A DNA stretch of 64,000 nt from positions 6,448,001 to 6,512,000 of the forward strand of contig JAWMAR010000053.1 of assembly GCA_036785375.1 (NCBI GenBank), in the 5' to 3' direction. Source of the DNA: Leucoraja ocellata (lineage: Eukaryota). The notes beneath the pieces were generated by a model that saw only the letters and a list, made by a program, of their open reading frames with translations, made no database searches and had not been told where the DNA came from. Every line of letters starts with the position of its first letter. Positions within the stretch are counted from its first letter, which is position 1. The position numbers and the translations under genes were made by a program. This document shows, one piece after another, positions 62,361 through 64,000 of the stretch.

Positions 62361-64000
62361 AAAAGCAGTTCCACAGCTCCGTGGGAGTTACGTGAGAATT
62401 TGAAAAAATGACGTTTGGTTACAAATTATAACAGATTCTAAAATATATGTTTTATTTCTAATATGTCCAATCATGGGTTGAAGACAAGTATTCGTGTAGA
62501 ACTATGTGAAACGAAGCTCTCATTTACAAACAGGGGATGTGTTACTTTGCTTATTCAATTGGTTGTAAAAGTAAAACGCCATTTTCATTAACAAGTTGAG
62601 TAAGAATTCAAGTAGGATTTCACTAGAAGACCCATGGTCAACATATCATGGCAAAGAACGTGGCCTTGAAGCATCGCCAGTATCTGGATCAAATCAAAAA
62701 TACTGAGGCGATCGAGGCAAATATAAATCTCCATTTTATTCAAGTAGATTGGTCGTATTTCCTTGCAAAATGTTAATGTTATATAGCGAGCAAATGATTT
62801 CCATGAACATTAAAAGCATTTATTGGGTGTTATTTGGGTCCAGGATTATTTTTTCTTTAATTGTTTCCTATTCTTGTGGAAACTTAAACAGAAACATTCT
62901 CTCAGTCACATTGTGGATTGTGTTGAGAATTGTAGTTTGGGTATTTTGCTTCGAACGCACAACATTTGGTTAATTCTACACTATTTTCGTGACGCTGGGG
63001 CTACTGCAAGTAGCATAAGGTAGTTATTGTTTAGCATGTTTGCTGAATGTCATTCCGGATGGCAAGATCCATGGAGCGAATCATAAACCTAACGCATTAA
63101 CAATATTTCGGTTCATAAGTATATCTGGTATATGGGTAATATACGCTCACATATGGACAGCATCCATTATGAAGTTCATGATAGTATGTCAGATATGTTT
63201 CTAATCCTAATCAGAAGGGTTGTTTTTTTTTACAAATTGTGATGTTTTGAAGGTAATGATGGGGCCAATCAGCTCACGCGAAGCAATTCGATGCACTTTA
63301 TGCTGCACCCAAAGTAAATTGATGTTAATATGTAAAAGTATCATCTTTACTTTGTTAACGTTAACATACATCTTCTTAAAAACAGAATCAATTGATAAAA
63401 TATATATCCAGGTATTCATAAGTGAATCTGACTATGTAACAGATTATATAAGCCCCGTTTGACTACACATTGTCGTAAACATGTCTTTTTTGTCAAACGC
63501 GATGGCCGATATTAATACCTGAATGAAACCAGATTACTCACCAGAAATATTTTCTTTCTTTAGCAAATGCAAAGCAAACTCCTATCAAGGCCTGGCTACA
63601 TTTTTTTTCTGACACAATATATGTAATTGAATATAAACTCTTTGCAATCGCTGATATGAAATAGATTTTCTTTGCGACTTTACCGAATTGCATCAATAAT
63701 AACCTTGAAAACATGGCGGTCTTAGAACTAAAATGGATTTAAACTATCAACAATGATCAGGATAACAAAAGATGTCTTTAATCTACCGTCATTAGCAACC
63801 GATTAAACGCTTAAAATGAGCGCCTCCTGCCTCGACCTATATGCGTGTGTTCCAGTTGGAGCAACGGAAGTAATTTACTGCTTTGCAAGCCACAAAACTA
63901 TACCTTCTGCCCCAAGTATCACAAATATTTCTAAGTTTTGTGCCTGCGTATCTGTATAGAATTTGGAAACTAAGGCCATTAACTAAATCAAAAAAGCGGT

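Noticed and set aside
63524-63540. Minus-strand ATC TGG TTT CAT (IWFH) as a possible HoxD14 exon
   Set aside because: Continues SGIN rather than QN(Q/R)R and has no suitable acceptor.

Overview
This is eukaryotic DNA: the core of a vertebrate HoxD cluster with all genes on the minus strand. From low to high coordinates it contains HoxD4, mir-10b, HoxD5, HoxD8, HoxD9, HoxD10, HoxD11, HoxD12 and HoxD13. Each Hox gene has two coding exons split by a phase-1 GT-AG intron just before the homeobox, and I checked each reading frame across the splice by hand. An intact HoxD5 with no group-6 or group-7 gene is the cartilaginous-fish (shark/ray/chimaera) configuration; the species cannot be determined from the sequence. 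I found no HoxD14, Evx2 or mir-196 hairpin, but there are two N gaps. The cluster itself is a known system, and the candidate novelties are regulatory and evolutionary. (1) Two orphan Hox-type E-box/CCAAT promoter signatures sit where HoxD6/D7 were lost, one followed by a consensus splice donor. (2) HoxD11 and HoxD13 have in-frame N-terminal extensions resembling HOXC11 and HOXA13/C13. (3) The HoxD8 3'UTR has a near-perfect miR-196 site downstream of a proximal AATAAA. (4) DR0/TCAAGGTCA (NR6A1/NR5A-type) motifs are in excess, mostly posterior. (5) There are oriented CTCF motifs and a candidate bidirectional promoter between HoxD5 and HoxD4. All comparisons with other species are from memory and need alignment to confirm. 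Most short ORFs in the supplied track are intergenic noise.
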